In this document: one piece after another, positions 16,126-24,992 of the stretch | Position numbering within the stretch: position 1 is the first letter of the stretch | Layout: each line of letters opens with the position of its first letter | Source of the DNA: Acidimicrobiia bacterium | GTDB lineage: Bacteria; Actinomycetota; Acidimicrobiia; Acidimicrobiales; JANYDT01 | Assembly (NCBI GenBank): GCA_031383405.1 | Contig: JANMZO010000145.1 | Span: forward strand, 1,244 to 65,243 | DNA: 64,000 nucleotides | Direction: 5' to 3' | The notes under the pieces: model-generated | What the model was told of the DNA's origin: nothing | The model's database searches: none | The model's input: only the letters and a program-made list of their open reading frames with translations | Translations under genes and position numbers: made by a program

Positions 16126-16529
16126 GGACTTCCGAAGTGACAGGTTCAGGCGTTCCAGCTTCTGGTGGAACCGCGAATGATCGCGTGACGACTCAACCGA
16201 CATTCCAAGGCTTGAACACGTCACCTGCCCAAGCGGAGTTTCAACCGGCTTCGAGCTGTTGCCGTGCCCCTCGGTCAGGTGCTTTTGGCTCAGGGGAAGC
16301 CCGCACCGGCATAGTCGAGCGCTTCCTCGTCGGTTGTATCCATGCGTACCAGGGCGTGCGGGCCGGTCGCCCTTCACCGTGCCGGTTTTTGCCATCGTGT
16401 TCCGCGTACGGCGAAGAGGCGATATCTGTGCATGGCCCCCTGCGTGGCTGTGTCCTGACCCTTAGACGTATTGCCCGCTGTCGCCCGGGAGGCGGCTTCG
16501 GCGTTGACCTCGTTCCTCCCCGTTCCTAG
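16122..16529 (+). CDS. yidD: Membrane protein insertion efficiency factor YidD, with a long N-terminal extension
   Basis: C-terminal 'YQGVRAGRPSPCRFLPSCSAYGEEAISVHGPLRGCVLTLRRIARCRPGGGFGVDLVP'. The only canonical start is ATG 16122, which overlaps the rnpA stop (ATGA). Confidence 0.85.
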   Translation: MRTSEVTGSGVPASGGTANDRVTTQPTFQGLNTSPAQAEFQPASSCCRAPRSGAFGSGEARTGIVERFLVGCIHAYQGVRAGRPSPCRFLPSCSAYGEEAISVHGPLRGCVLTLRRIARCRPGGGFGVDLVPPRS

Positions 16530-16537
16530 GACATCAC

Positions 16538-17560
16538 ATGTTCGAGTTTCTTGCCGCCATCCTTTCCTTTTTTTACCAATTCACACACAGCTACGGGTTC
16601 TCAATCGTTCTGCTTACGGTGATCGTACGGTTGGTTCTGTTCCCGCTGACCGCAAAACAGATGCGCTCGATGGCCTCGATGAGCCGGGTGCAACCGCAGA
16701 TCAAGAAACTCCAGGCCGAATACAAAGACGACCGGCAAAAGCTCAACGAAGAGATGATGAAGTTTTATAAGCAGGAGGGCATCAACCCGGCCGCCGGTTG
16801 CTTCCCTCTCCTCCTGCAACTCCCGGTGTTCTTCGGTCTGTTCCGGGTTATTCGCGGCCTTTCCTCCACCGGCCCCCTCTCCTTCCTCGGGGTTCGAGTT
16901 CCAAAACCTGATTACCTGGGGAAGGATTCCGAGATGTACCGGGCGATCGTTCGGTCCGGGGGACAACTGCTTTCGTGGGGCTTCGATCTCGCCCAGTCGG
17001 CGAGCGGGACCTGGGGTTCGTCCAAGGCGACCCCCTACCTGATCCTGGTCCTCGCCTACGGAGCAAGTGGTTGGGTCCAGCAGAGCATGGCCAACAAACG
17101 CAATATGACCCAGGCGACGGGAACTGCGGCCCAAATGCAGCAGATCATGAAGATCTTCCCGCTGTTCATGGCGCTCTTTGCGTGGAGTATGCCTGCGGGC
17201 CTTGTCGTCTACTGGTTTGCGTCGAATCTCTGGACCATCGGTCAACAGGAGGTCTTGTACCGCACTATTCCGCGACACGATCCGAATGCGGTAATTGATG
17301 TCAAAGAAGACAAGCCGGACCAACTTGCGACGCCGGTGAAGGCCACCCCGGCTCCGGTGAGGCTCGGGGCAGCGAGTGGTGCAGTCAAGGTCAAAGCCCC
17401 TCTCGGTGCCGGCGCGTCGGGCCGACCGGGTAAAGCAATCACGAAAGACTCAGATCCGAGCCCCGCCAATGCGCCCCAAAAAGTGAAGCCCCCGGCCAAG
17501 GGAACGAAAACCCCCACGAGGAACATTCCTTCCTCGTCGGGTAAAAAGAAAGGACGTTAG
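16538..17560 (+). CDS. yidC: Membrane protein insertase YidC (Oxa1 family)
   Basis: 340 aa with 'GFSIVLLTVIVRLVLFPLTAKQMRSMASM' and 'LPVFFGLF'. Multi-TM protein in the conserved position. Confidence 0.93.
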   Translation: MFEFLAAILSFFYQFTHSYGFSIVLLTVIVRLVLFPLTAKQMRSMASMSRVQPQIKKLQAEYKDDRQKLNEEMMKFYKQEGINPAAGCFPLLLQLPVFFGLFRVIRGLSSTGPLSFLGVRVPKPDYLGKDSEMYRAIVRSGGQLLSWGFDLAQSASGTWGSSKATPYLILVLAYGASGWVQQSMANKRNMTQATGTAAQMQQIMKIFPLFMALFAWSMPAGLVVYWFASNLWTIGQQEVLYRTIPRHDPNAVIDVKEDKPDQLATPVKATPAPVRLGAASGAVKVKAPLGAGASGRPGKAITKDSDPSPANAPQKVKPPAKGTKTPTRNIPSSSGKKKGR

Positions 17561-17562
17561 AT

Positions 17563-18441
17563 ATGGAGTGGGTAGAGACCACGGGTAAGACGGTCGATGA
17601 GGCGGTCGAAGCTGCGCTTGATCAACTCGGCGTGGATCGCGCCGAAGCCGATATTGAGATTCTCGACGAAGCAAAGACCGGTTTGTTCGGTCGGGTCCGT
17701 TCTGAGGCCCGAATCCGGGCTCGCGTTGCTCGCGTCAAGCCACGCGCCAAAGACGATCGACGCGAGCGCAAGACAAAACCCCCCGCTGAGGCGGTAGTCG
17801 CCTCCCGTCCTGTGGAAGGCGAGGGTACCGGAGCGGCGACACCCGCCAAACGAACTCGCTCCACCGCATCAAAGTCCGCGGTCGTCAAATCCCAAGCCCC
17901 AGTGCCCGGGGTCGTCCCACGGGCTAACCGCGAACCCAGACCACCCCGTGAGCCGCGCGCTCCCAGAGAGACGAGTGCCATGCCAAGCCAGGAAGTTTCA
18001 GAAGCTGGGGAGAAGTTCCTCAACGGGTTGGTGAACGCCTTCGGGCTTGTCGGTACCGTGACCACCCATACGGTGGGCGATGGCATCACGGAGTTTCGAA
18101 TCAGCGGCCCCGACCTGGGCGTGATGATCGGCCCGAAAGCGCAGACGCTGACGGCAATTCAGGACCTTCTGCGGACGGTCGTTTACTACCAGGTTGACGG
18201 AGATGCCGGTCGTCTCCTCCTCGATGTTGGTGGTTACCGGGAACGTCGGCGTCAGGCTTTGGAGGAGTTCACGAAGAAAGTGGCGGCAGATGTGTTGGCC
18301 AGCGGCCAATCCCGTGCCCTGGAGCCGATGAGTCCCGCGGATCGCAAGGTCGTTCATGATACCGCCGGTGGTATCGATGGAATCGTGTCGCTGTCGGAAG
18401 GCGAAGATACCGCCCGCAGGGTCGTGCTCTCTCTCGGCTGA
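17563..18441 (+). CDS. jag: Jag/KhpB (R3H + KH RNA-binding protein)
   Basis: N-terminal Jag_N 'GKTVDEAVEAALDQLGVDRAEADIEILDE' and a C-terminal R3H block 'MSPADRKVVHDTAGGIDGIVSLSEGE'. Confidence 0.9.
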   Translation: MEWVETTGKTVDEAVEAALDQLGVDRAEADIEILDEAKTGLFGRVRSEARIRARVARVKPRAKDDRRERKTKPPAEAVVASRPVEGEGTGAATPAKRTRSTASKSAVVKSQAPVPGVVPRANREPRPPREPRAPRETSAMPSQEVSEAGEKFLNGLVNAFGLVGTVTTHTVGDGITEFRISGPDLGVMIGPKAQTLTAIQDLLRTVVYYQVDGDAGRLLLDVGGYRERRRQALEEFTKKVAADVLASGQSRALEPMSPADRKVVHDTAGGIDGIVSLSEGEDTARRVVLSLG

Positions 18442-18484
18442 AAGCGCACAGCAGGCTGGCCCGGTCGACTTGGATGGGATAGAA

Positions 18485-18613
18485 CTGATCCGAAAATGGC
18501 GGGTACCAATTTTCACGTCCTCGAGACGTCCGTGCCACCGGACAAAAAGACTGATCTGAAAATGGCCACCAATTTTCACGTCCTCGAGACGTCCGTGCCA
18601 CCGGACAAAAAGA
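18485..18613 (+). repeat. Two abutting copies (66 + 63 nt) of a dispersed intergenic repeat, locus A
   Basis: Unit: CTGATCYGAAAATGGC(GGGT)ACCAATTTTCACGTCCTCGAGACGTCCGTGCCACCGGACAAAAAGA. It starts 44 nt after the jag stop. Confidence 0.9.
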
Positions 18614-18684
18614 TTGAGGGGTGATCGGCTCCTACTTCAGAATTTCAACACGAGCGGCTGTCCTTTGACCATCGGAGATAGAAC

Positions 18685-19308
18685 ATGATGAACGTCCGGG
18701 AAGCCCTTAGCGTCTCCCGGACGCTCGGCTTTTTGGGCCCAGGGCCCGTCGACGACCATTTGGATCATGCTGCGGGCTTTCGTGCGGCAATACTGCGCGC
18801 TTCTGACACTCTGAACACGGTCCCGATGCGATGTGTCGATCTGGGAACGGGTGGCGGTGTACCCGGATTGCCACTCATGCTCGATTTTCCCGAAACAACG
18901 TGGGTATTTCTTGACAGTAGTGAAAAGCGAATGGCCGTGGTTCAGCAGTTGCTCGGTGAGTTGGGTCTCGAGAGTCGCTGCACCATTTATACCGGACGAG
19001 CAGAGGAGCTGGCGCGTGACCAGAAGCTTCGAGGGTGGGCGGATGTGGTGGTGGCCCGGGGCTTCGCCGGCCCGGCCGTGACTGCGGAGTGCGCGGCTCC
19101 GCTGCTCTCGGTCGGTGGAATCTTCATCAGTAGCGAGCCGCCGGCCGAGACGAATCGATGGAGTGCTGAAGGACTCGCGGAACTGGGACTTCACGAACTG
19201 CTGCGTTTGCAGGATCCCTTTCGTTTCTTTGTCGCAGAACAAACTCGCTCATGCCCAGCTCGGTATCCGCGTCGGGTTGGGATCCCAGGAAAGCGACCGC
19301 TTTTTTAG
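18685..19308 (+). CDS. rsmG: 16S rRNA (guanine527-N7)-methyltransferase RsmG (GidB)
   Basis: 207 aa with the SAM motif 'VDLGTGGGVPGLPL'. It sits between jag and parA. Confidence 0.9.
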   Translation: MMNVREALSVSRTLGFLGPGPVDDHLDHAAGFRAAILRASDTLNTVPMRCVDLGTGGGVPGLPLMLDFPETTWVFLDSSEKRMAVVQQLLGELGLESRCTIYTGRAEELARDQKLRGWADVVVARGFAGPAVTAECAAPLLSVGGIFISSEPPAETNRWSAEGLAELGLHELLRLQDPFRFFVAEQTRSCPARYPRRVGIPGKRPLF

Positions 19309-19336
19309 AAGCCGGAAGCCGGAAGCCGGAAGCCGG
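19309..19336. repeat. (AAGCCGG)x4 heptamer tandem repeat
   Basis: Four perfect copies starting at the first nt after the rsmG TAG. Confidence 0.9.
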
Positions 19337-19426
19337 AAAACACGGTGTCTCTGGTCTGGTTGTTCGCTTTGCAAAGGGTCCCTGTTGGAGGCGGTGCGGA
19401 CGTTGTAAGAACGGGGTCCGTTGCAA

Positions 19427-19442
19427 CGTTCCACGTGAAACC
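19427..19442. promoter_or_regulatory. parS-like site (13/16 to consensus)
   Basis: CGTTCCACGTGAAACC versus the consensus TGTTTCACGTGAAACA. Confidence 0.6.
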
Positions 19443-19529
19443 TCGCTGATCCTGCGCACTCAACATCAAGATTGCCGGTGATTCCCAAGTTGTCTCGAGT
19501 ATTGTCGGCGTTCCGGCAAAAACGCTCCT

Positions 19530-19545
19530 GGTTTCACGTGAAACG
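19530..19545. promoter_or_regulatory. parS centromere-like site
   Basis: GGTTTCACGTGAAACG: the inner 14 nt are a perfect palindrome identical to the parS consensus core. It lies 55 nt upstream of parA. Confidence 0.85.
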
Positions 19546-19599
19546 TTGGAAGGAACTGTCGAGGGTCCTTGACTTGTCGCTTGTGAGCAAGGACGATGG

Positions 19600-20460
19600 A
19601 TGAACCAGCCACAGAATCCGGAGTCTGCTTTGAACAGCCCTGAAGATACGGATTTGCGGACGAACGTTGGCTTCGCCCGACCTTTTCCACGAACCATCGC
19701 GATTGCGAACCAGAAGGGCGGCGTCGGTAAGACGACCACCGCTGTGAACCTGAGCGCGTCGCTGGCCGATCTCGGCTACCGCGTGCTGGTCATCGACCTC
19801 GACCCGCAGGGTAATGCCACCACTGCGCTGGGGGTAAACGCGCGAAGTCTCAAGTATTCGATCTACGACGTGCTGATGCAAGACGCACCGATGGAGGACG
19901 CAGTCGAAGCGACGTCCATTCAGAATCTGTTCCTGACGCCAACGACGATTGACCTGGCAGGCGCAGAGATCGAGCTGGTTCCTGCATTCAGTCGCGAGCT
20001 GAAATTGCGTCGAGCGATTGCGAAGGTGATCGACGACTTTGATTTCGTGGTCATCGACTGCCCACCGTCCTTGGGGCTTCTCACGATCAATGCCCTCGCC
20101 GCCGCGTCGGAGATAATCGTGCCGATACAATGCGAGTACTTTGCGCTCGAGGGTCTGGGGCAGTTGCTGCGCAACGTCAACCTGGTGCAGGCCAACTTGA
20201 ATCCGACGTTGGAAATTAGTGCGATCATCCTGACGATGTACGACGCCCGTACGAAGCTTGCGGACCAGGTAACCAAAGAAATCCGTTCGCACTTCGGAGA
20301 GCGGGTCTGCAAGAACATCGTTCCGCGCAGCGTTCGGCTTTCCGAGGCCCCATCATTCGGGCAACCAATTACGGTGTTCGATCCAACATCTCGCGGTGCG
20401 GTGGCGTACCGTGGACTCGCAAAGGAGATCAGTGGTGGTGCGCCAAAGCGGACTGGGTAG
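19600..20460 (+). CDS. parA: Chromosome partitioning ATPase ParA/Soj
   Basis: Deviant Walker A 'IAIANQKGGVGKTTTAVNL'; 286 aa. Confidence 0.95.
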   Translation: MNQPQNPESALNSPEDTDLRTNVGFARPFPRTIAIANQKGGVGKTTTAVNLSASLADLGYRVLVIDLDPQGNATTALGVNARSLKYSIYDVLMQDAPMEDAVEATSIQNLFLTPTTIDLAGAEIELVPAFSRELKLRRAIAKVIDDFDFVVIDCPPSLGLLTINALAAASEIIVPIQCEYFALEGLGQLLRNVNLVQANLNPTLEISAIILTMYDARTKLADQVTKEIRSHFGERVCKNIVPRSVRLSEAPSFGQPITVFDPTSRGAVAYRGLAKEISGGAPKRTG

Positions 20461-21400
20461 AGGACTCGGAGCATTGCTTCCGGCGGGAGATCTAGATCTC
20501 ACCGTCGCAGGTAGCTCGGGTCTGCAAACGCCTTCGGGTGCTCGATTGCTGGAGATTCCGCTCTCGGAAATCCGGCCGAACTCCTACCAACCCCGGTCGG
20601 TGTTCGACGATGAGGGAATCGCGTCCCTGGCGGCCTCGATACTGGAGCTTGGCGTTCTTCAACCGATTCTGGTCCGCCCGGGCGAGGATGGTTCATACGA
20701 GCTCATTGCCGGCGAGCGGCGTTGGAGGGCCGCTCGTCGAGCCGGACTTGCCACTATTCCGGCGATCGTCAAAGCGGCTGATGACAACGGAGCTCTTGAG
20801 GAGGCTCTGGTCGAGAACCTCCACCGGGTCGACCTCAACGCCCTCGACGAAGCGGCGGCCTACCAACAGTTGGTCGACGATTTCCATCTCACACATGATC
20901 AAATCGCGCAACGAGTCGGTAAGAGTCGGGCTGCAGTCACCAACACCCTTCGGCTTTTTCAGCTTTCCCCCTCGATACAGCGCATGGTGCTTGATGCGAA
21001 TCTTTCGCCGGGACATGCGCGAGCCCTACTCGGAACTGACGATAAGTCGTTTCAGGAGGCCCTCGCTCGTCGCTCTGTAGTAGAAGGATTGTCGGTTCGA
21101 GCAGTGGAAGAAGCGGTTCGGATGCGAACCAGTGGAAGCACAAGCGCGGGCAAGTCCTCGTCGGCAGTAGTACCTTCGACGCAGCGAGCAGATCGGCCGG
21201 TCGGACTCATCGAGTTGGAACATATTCTCGCCGACGTTCTCGGAACGCGGGTGGCAATCGACATGGTGCCGAACAAAAAGGGGAAGTTGGTTGTGGAGTT
21301 TGCCGACCTGAACGATCTTGAGCGGATTTTTCGGATCATGACCGCATCAAGCACCTTCCCTTCAGCGAGCGTCCAGGCTGGTGACGACGATCCGGTGTAA
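20435..21400 (+). CDS. parB: Chromosome partitioning protein ParB/Spo0J
   Basis: 'GLGRGLGALL', 'LVENLHRVDLNALDEA' and an HTH. The likely start is one of GTG 20432/20435/20438, after AAGGAG; the track start is 20396. Confidence 0.93.
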   Translation: MVRQSGLGRGLGALLPAGDLDLTVAGSSGLQTPSGARLLEIPLSEIRPNSYQPRSVFDDEGIASLAASILELGVLQPILVRPGEDGSYELIAGERRWRAARRAGLATIPAIVKAADDNGALEEALVENLHRVDLNALDEAAAYQQLVDDFHLTHDQIAQRVGKSRAAVTNTLRLFQLSPSIQRMVLDANLSPGHARALLGTDDKSFQEALARRSVVEGLSVRAVEEAVRMRTSGSTSAGKSSSAVVPSTQRADRPVGLIELEHILADVLGTRVAIDMVPNKKGKLVVEFADLNDLERIFRIMTASSTFPSASVQAGDDDPV

Positions 21401-21457
21401 CTGTCCCGGCAACGCTTTGGTGGATGTCGAACGATCCAAATAGAGGCCGGAAAAGAA

Positions 21458-21483
21458 CATGGGACCGCCTCGGCGGTCCCATG
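21458..21483. terminator. Bidirectional stem-loop between convergent parB and trxA
   Basis: CATGGGACCGCC-tc-GGCGGTCCCATG arms. The stem is flanked by an A-run on one side (a T-run for the minus-strand transcript). Confidence 0.6.
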
Positions 21484-21578
21484 ATTTGGATCCCATGATT
21501 CGCTTGATATTTCCTCACCGCACCGGCACGGTCGTTCAGCGAGGGTGGTTCTAGGGGGTGGTCCTGGACCATGCGGTG

Positions 21579-21914
21579 TTATAGGTGAGACTCAAGTTCG
21601 TTCATCAACTGCATCTTGCCCTTTGCGCCAACTGTGCGCTGAACAAGCTCGCCATCTTTGAAGAGCAGGAGGGTGGGAATGCTCATGACGTCGAAACGGC
21701 GCGCAATGTCAGGGTTTTCGTCGATGTTGAGCTTGGCTATCGTCAGTCGGCCTTTCTGGTCCTTGGCAATCTCTTCCAGGACCGGAGCGATCATCTTGCA
21801 CGGACCGCACCATTCGGCCCAAAAGTCTACGAGCACTGGCGTCGACGACGCGCCGACCTGCTCATCAAATGTTGCATCGGACAGGGTGAGAATTCCCTCA
21901 GCCATTCGAGTCAC
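21579..21914 (-). CDS. trxA: Thioredoxin
   Basis: 111 aa with the 'WAEWCGPCK' active site. Confidence 0.95.
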   Translation of the reverse strand: MTRMAEGILTLSDATFDEQVGASSTPVLVDFWAEWCGPCKMIAPVLEEIAKDQKGRLTIAKLNIDENPDIARRFDVMSIPTLLLFKDGELVQRTVGAKGKMQLMNELESHL

Positions 21915-22015
21915 TTTCCCTTCGTTGAAAGACGATCAGTACAACCGGTTGGTTCGGAACAACATTCCCGATCGAACGGGGAAGGTGTGGTTAGCAGTGC
22001 GTGGTCAGAGTGCGG

Positions 22016-22969
22016 TCACGCAGCGTGAATATTCGTTTCAAGCCAGCGCTCTGCGTCGATGGCCGCCGAACAGCCTGACCCAGCCGCAGTGATGGCTTGT
22101 CGGTAGGTGTGGTCCTGCACATCGCCGCAGGCAAATACCCCTTCGATGTTGGTGCGGGTGGACTTACCTTCAGTGGTGATGTAGCCGTTCTCGTCGAGGG
22201 TGATTACTCCTTTGAAGAGGTCGGTGTTCGGAGAGTGCCCGATAGCGACAAACAGGCCGGTGACGGCGAGCGTTGACTGCACCCCTGTCTTGAGATTCTC
22301 CACGATGGCGCTCTCAAGTTTGGAGTCGCCGGCCAGATCCACCACCTTGGAATCCCACAGGAACTCAATTTTCGGGTTCGCGAACGCTCGGTCCTGCATG
22401 ATCTTGGATGCCCGAAGCGTGTCTCGACGGTGGATAATCGTGACTTTGTTCGCGAACTTCGTCAAAAACGTGGCCTCCTCGAGCGCTGAGTCGCCTCCGC
22501 CGACCACGGCGATGTCATGACCGCGGAAGAAGAATCCATCGCACGTGGCGCACGTAGAGAGGCCGTGGCCGAGAAGTCGCTCTTCGGCGGGCAGATTTAG
22601 CATTAGTGACTTGGCTCCGGTGGAGATGATGACCGCATGGGCCTCGTAGAGATCATCGCCGACCCATACCCGTTTGGGGATACTGGCGAGGTCGACCCGG
22701 GTCACCTTTGCGGTGAGGAACTCGGCGCCGAAGCGGGCGGCCTGAGCTCTCATCGTCATCATCAGTTCGGGGCCCTGAATACCGTGCTCAAAGCCGGGAA
22801 AGTTTTCAACTTCGGTGGTCAGCATGAGCTGACCACCCGGTTGGTCGCCGGTGGAGGAGATTTCCCCTTCGATCACCAAGGGAGCCAGGTTGGCTCGAGC
22901 GGTGTAGATGGCAGCCGTGAGCCCTGCTGGGCCGGAACCGACGACGATTACATTGCAGGTCTGTGACAT
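22016..22969 (-). CDS. trxB: Thioredoxin-disulfide reductase
   Basis: 317 aa with 'VVGSGPAGLTAA', redox-active 'CATCDGFFF' and 'VVGGGDSALEEA'. Confidence 0.95.
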   Translation of the reverse strand: MSQTCNVIVVGSGPAGLTAAIYTARANLAPLVIEGEISSTGDQPGGQLMLTTEVENFPGFEHGIQGPELMMTMRAQAARFGAEFLTAKVTRVDLASIPKRVWVGDDLYEAHAVIISTGAKSLMLNLPAEERLLGHGLSTCATCDGFFFRGHDIAVVGGGDSALEEATFLTKFANKVTIIHRRDTLRASKIMQDRAFANPKIEFLWDSKVVDLAGDSKLESAIVENLKTGVQSTLAVTGLFVAIGHSPNTDLFKGVITLDENGYITTEGKSTRTNIEGVFACGDVQDHTYRQAITAAGSGCSAAIDAERWLETNIHAA

Positions 22970-23029
22970 GGCGTCCCTCGAAGAGCGTTCTGCCCGAAGT
23001 TGTTACGGGCCTTGATTAGTTGAACAGGT

Positions 23030-23485
23030 TCAGGACTGTGGCTTGTGGCGTTTGCGCCACGCCCACAGCCCCGCCAGCATCAACACCGAACCCATGATGA
23101 AATATGCCAGCCAGACTCCCTGTGGAAGATAGGCGTCGACAAGACGCACCCCCCCGATCGTGAACAGCAACAACATGGTGACGGCGAGCCCTGCGGCCAG
23201 CATTCCGAACACGATCGTCTGCACGATCTTGAGAAGCGGTTCGGAGGTTCTGCTGCGAATCGCGTCGATGATGCCTTCGAGCGAGTCGAGTGCTTGAGAA
23301 ACCCAATCTTTTTCCGCAGCCGGTTCTTCCTGGTTCACGTCGGTTAGGTTAGCGCTCCGATGGGTCGAACGATCTACGCGCGGTGAGGCGTCTTGGCGGG
23401 GATGAGCGTGAACGGTTACTCGGAAGCGTTGTGGAGGCTCAAGGGGTCGATTGCCGGGACAGCACCGCACACGTCGTTGGATCAA
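23030..23485 (-). CDS. Small membrane protein (two TM helices), start uncertain (possibly GTG 23338)
   Basis: 'IVQTIVFGMLAAGLAVTMLLLF' and 'GVWLAYFIMGSVLMLAGLWAW' helices. The N-terminal 49 aa of the track ORF are Arg/Pro-rich and doubtful. Confidence 0.4.
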   Translation of the reverse strand: MIQRRVRCCPGNRPLEPPQRFRVTVHAHPRQDASPRVDRSTHRSANLTDVNQEEPAAEKDWVSQALDSLEGIIDAIRSRTSEPLLKIVQTIVFGMLAAGLAVTMLLLFTIGGVRLVDAYLPQGVWLAYFIMGSVLMLAGLWAWRKRHKPQS

Positions 23486-24992
23486 CGATTTCCGTGAAGG
23501 TCGGTGAGGGTGTCGACGAGGGCGGATCAGACGGTGACGGGAGGGGTCTCACGATTCGGATCAAAACCGGTCGGCCGGTAACGCTTCCGCTGCCGGTTGC
23601 GATGATCTGCTGGGTCGAGGTGGGGCACGGGGCTCCCGTTAAAACGACCGGGCCCGGCGCTCCGGTTGTCGGCACGCCGGATGCGACTGCGAGAACTCGG
23701 GAACTGAGTGCGGGGTCCCCGGTGATCGCTCTGTGGAACCGGGTGAAGAGCTCGTCGTACGACACCGTCTCGCCGAGCGCAGGTACAGCGATCGCCGAAG
23801 AATCCGGAGCGGAGCGGGATTGACCCGCTGCCGCAGGCGCTGCGGTTGCAACGGACGAGGTGTTTGGCGCGGCTATCTCTACTGCGGGTGAAGGGGCAGG
23901 GGCCCCGGTCGGAGTCGAGGTTGCCGGCGGTACGGTGGCCTTGATCGTGGGCTGACTGGATGTCGTTCTGTCCTGCCCCGACGACTTTTTTGGCGGCGTC
24001 GACCGTTGGCCTGCGAGCGTCGTGGTCGGTTCCGGTGCGGCGTTCAACGGCGGCGCATCCTGCTCCGCCGGTGATCCGACAACGGTTGTGGCCGGGATGT
24101 TTGTTCGGGCCGCAGGTGCTTTTGCAACCGGAGTACCCGTGTCGCCGACGGGTTGTCCGGCTGCCCGGGAAGGGGTCGCTTCAGCAGGTACGAGACCGCC
24201 CTCCATGGCAACGGTGTCTGCGCCAGCGTCGGGTGCGGCGGCAGTTTTGGTGACTGCCTTGTTTGCTGCGGCCTCCGAGCCTCCGTTGCTGTTGAGGTTC
24301 CCGACACCGTCGGAGCGTGCCGGTACCTCCGCTTCGAGCAGATCGACCGTTGTGGTTGCCGAAATGGCGACGGTCGACACCTGGTCGATCCGCCCCGGTC
24401 GAAGGAGCACCGCCGACAGGGCGACCAGGGCGCCGGCCCCCACCACGAGGACACTTCGTTGGCGTAGAAAGGCCAGTGCGCCTCCGGAGCCGGTGGTACC
24501 GGTTGGCGACGGGGCACGGGAACCGAGGAGGTTTCGCCACCACGAGGCCCCGGGCACCGGTGCCGTTTCCGGCTTGGGTGTGGCGATGAGCTGATGGGCG
24601 TGGCTGACCGGAATCTCGGCGTCGAATGCCGCAAGGGCGGCTGACACCGCCTGCTCCATGTGTGCGGGCTCAACGTCGAAAGCGGTACCGACCAAACGCA
24701 ATTCCGCCGTCGACAACCCGAGAATCGTTGCGTGGCGGGCCGAGCAGGAAGCACATCGCGAGATATGGCCTGCGGCCTCCAGGAGAGCGGGTTCTTTCCA
24801 CCGGTCTTCAATCCGGGGATCATCCTCATGCAACTCCGCTGCGAATCGGCGAACTTCGTCGACGGAGAGGTCGATCTCACCGAGCAGCGCCAACGTCGTG
24901 TCGTCGATGTGGTCGATGTGGTCGATGTGGTCGATGTGCCCCGAATCCTCCGAATCCGGAATGGGCGGTTGGGTGTCTTCAATGCCCATCAT
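23439..24992 (-). CDS. ZAS-type anti-sigma factor with a long Pro/Ala/Thr-rich extracytoplasmic region
   Basis: HxxxCxxC motif 'HISRCASCSARH', a TM helix 'VLVVGAGALVALSAVLL', and a 14-nt overlap with the upstream ECF sigma gene. Its position matches Rv3912. Confidence 0.7.
   Translation of the reverse strand: MMGIEDTQPPIPDSEDSGHIDHIDHIDHIDDTTLALLGEIDLSVDEVRRFAAELHEDDPRIEDRWKEPALLEAAGHISRCASCSARHATILGLSTAELRLVGTAFDVEPAHMEQAVSAALAAFDAEIPVSHAHQLIATPKPETAPVPGASWWRNLLGSRAPSPTGTTGSGGALAFLRQRSVLVVGAGALVALSAVLLRPGRIDQVSTVAISATTTVDLLEAEVPARSDGVGNLNSNGGSEAAANKAVTKTAAAPDAGADTVAMEGGLVPAEATPSRAAGQPVGDTGTPVAKAPAARTNIPATTVVGSPAEQDAPPLNAAPEPTTTLAGQRSTPPKKSSGQDRTTSSQPTIKATVPPATSTPTGAPAPSPAVEIAAPNTSSVATAAPAAAGQSRSAPDSSAIAVPALGETVSYDELFTRFHRAITGDPALSSRVLAVASGVPTTGAPGPVVLTGAPCPTSTQQIIATGSGSVTGRPVLIRIVRPLPSPSDPPSSTPSPTFTEIVDPTTCAVLSRQSTP
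24903..24938. repeat. 4 x 9-bp in-frame repeat in the anti-sigma factor 5' region
   Basis: (GTCGATGTG)x4 encodes 'HIDHIDHIDHID' on the minus strand. Confidence 0.9.

Noticed and set aside
18485-18613. Tandem 63-66-nt repeats (also at 27567-27698) considered as a CRISPR array.
   Set aside because: The units abut directly with no spacers, there are only two per locus, no cas genes are present, and the unit is far longer than a CRISPR repeat.
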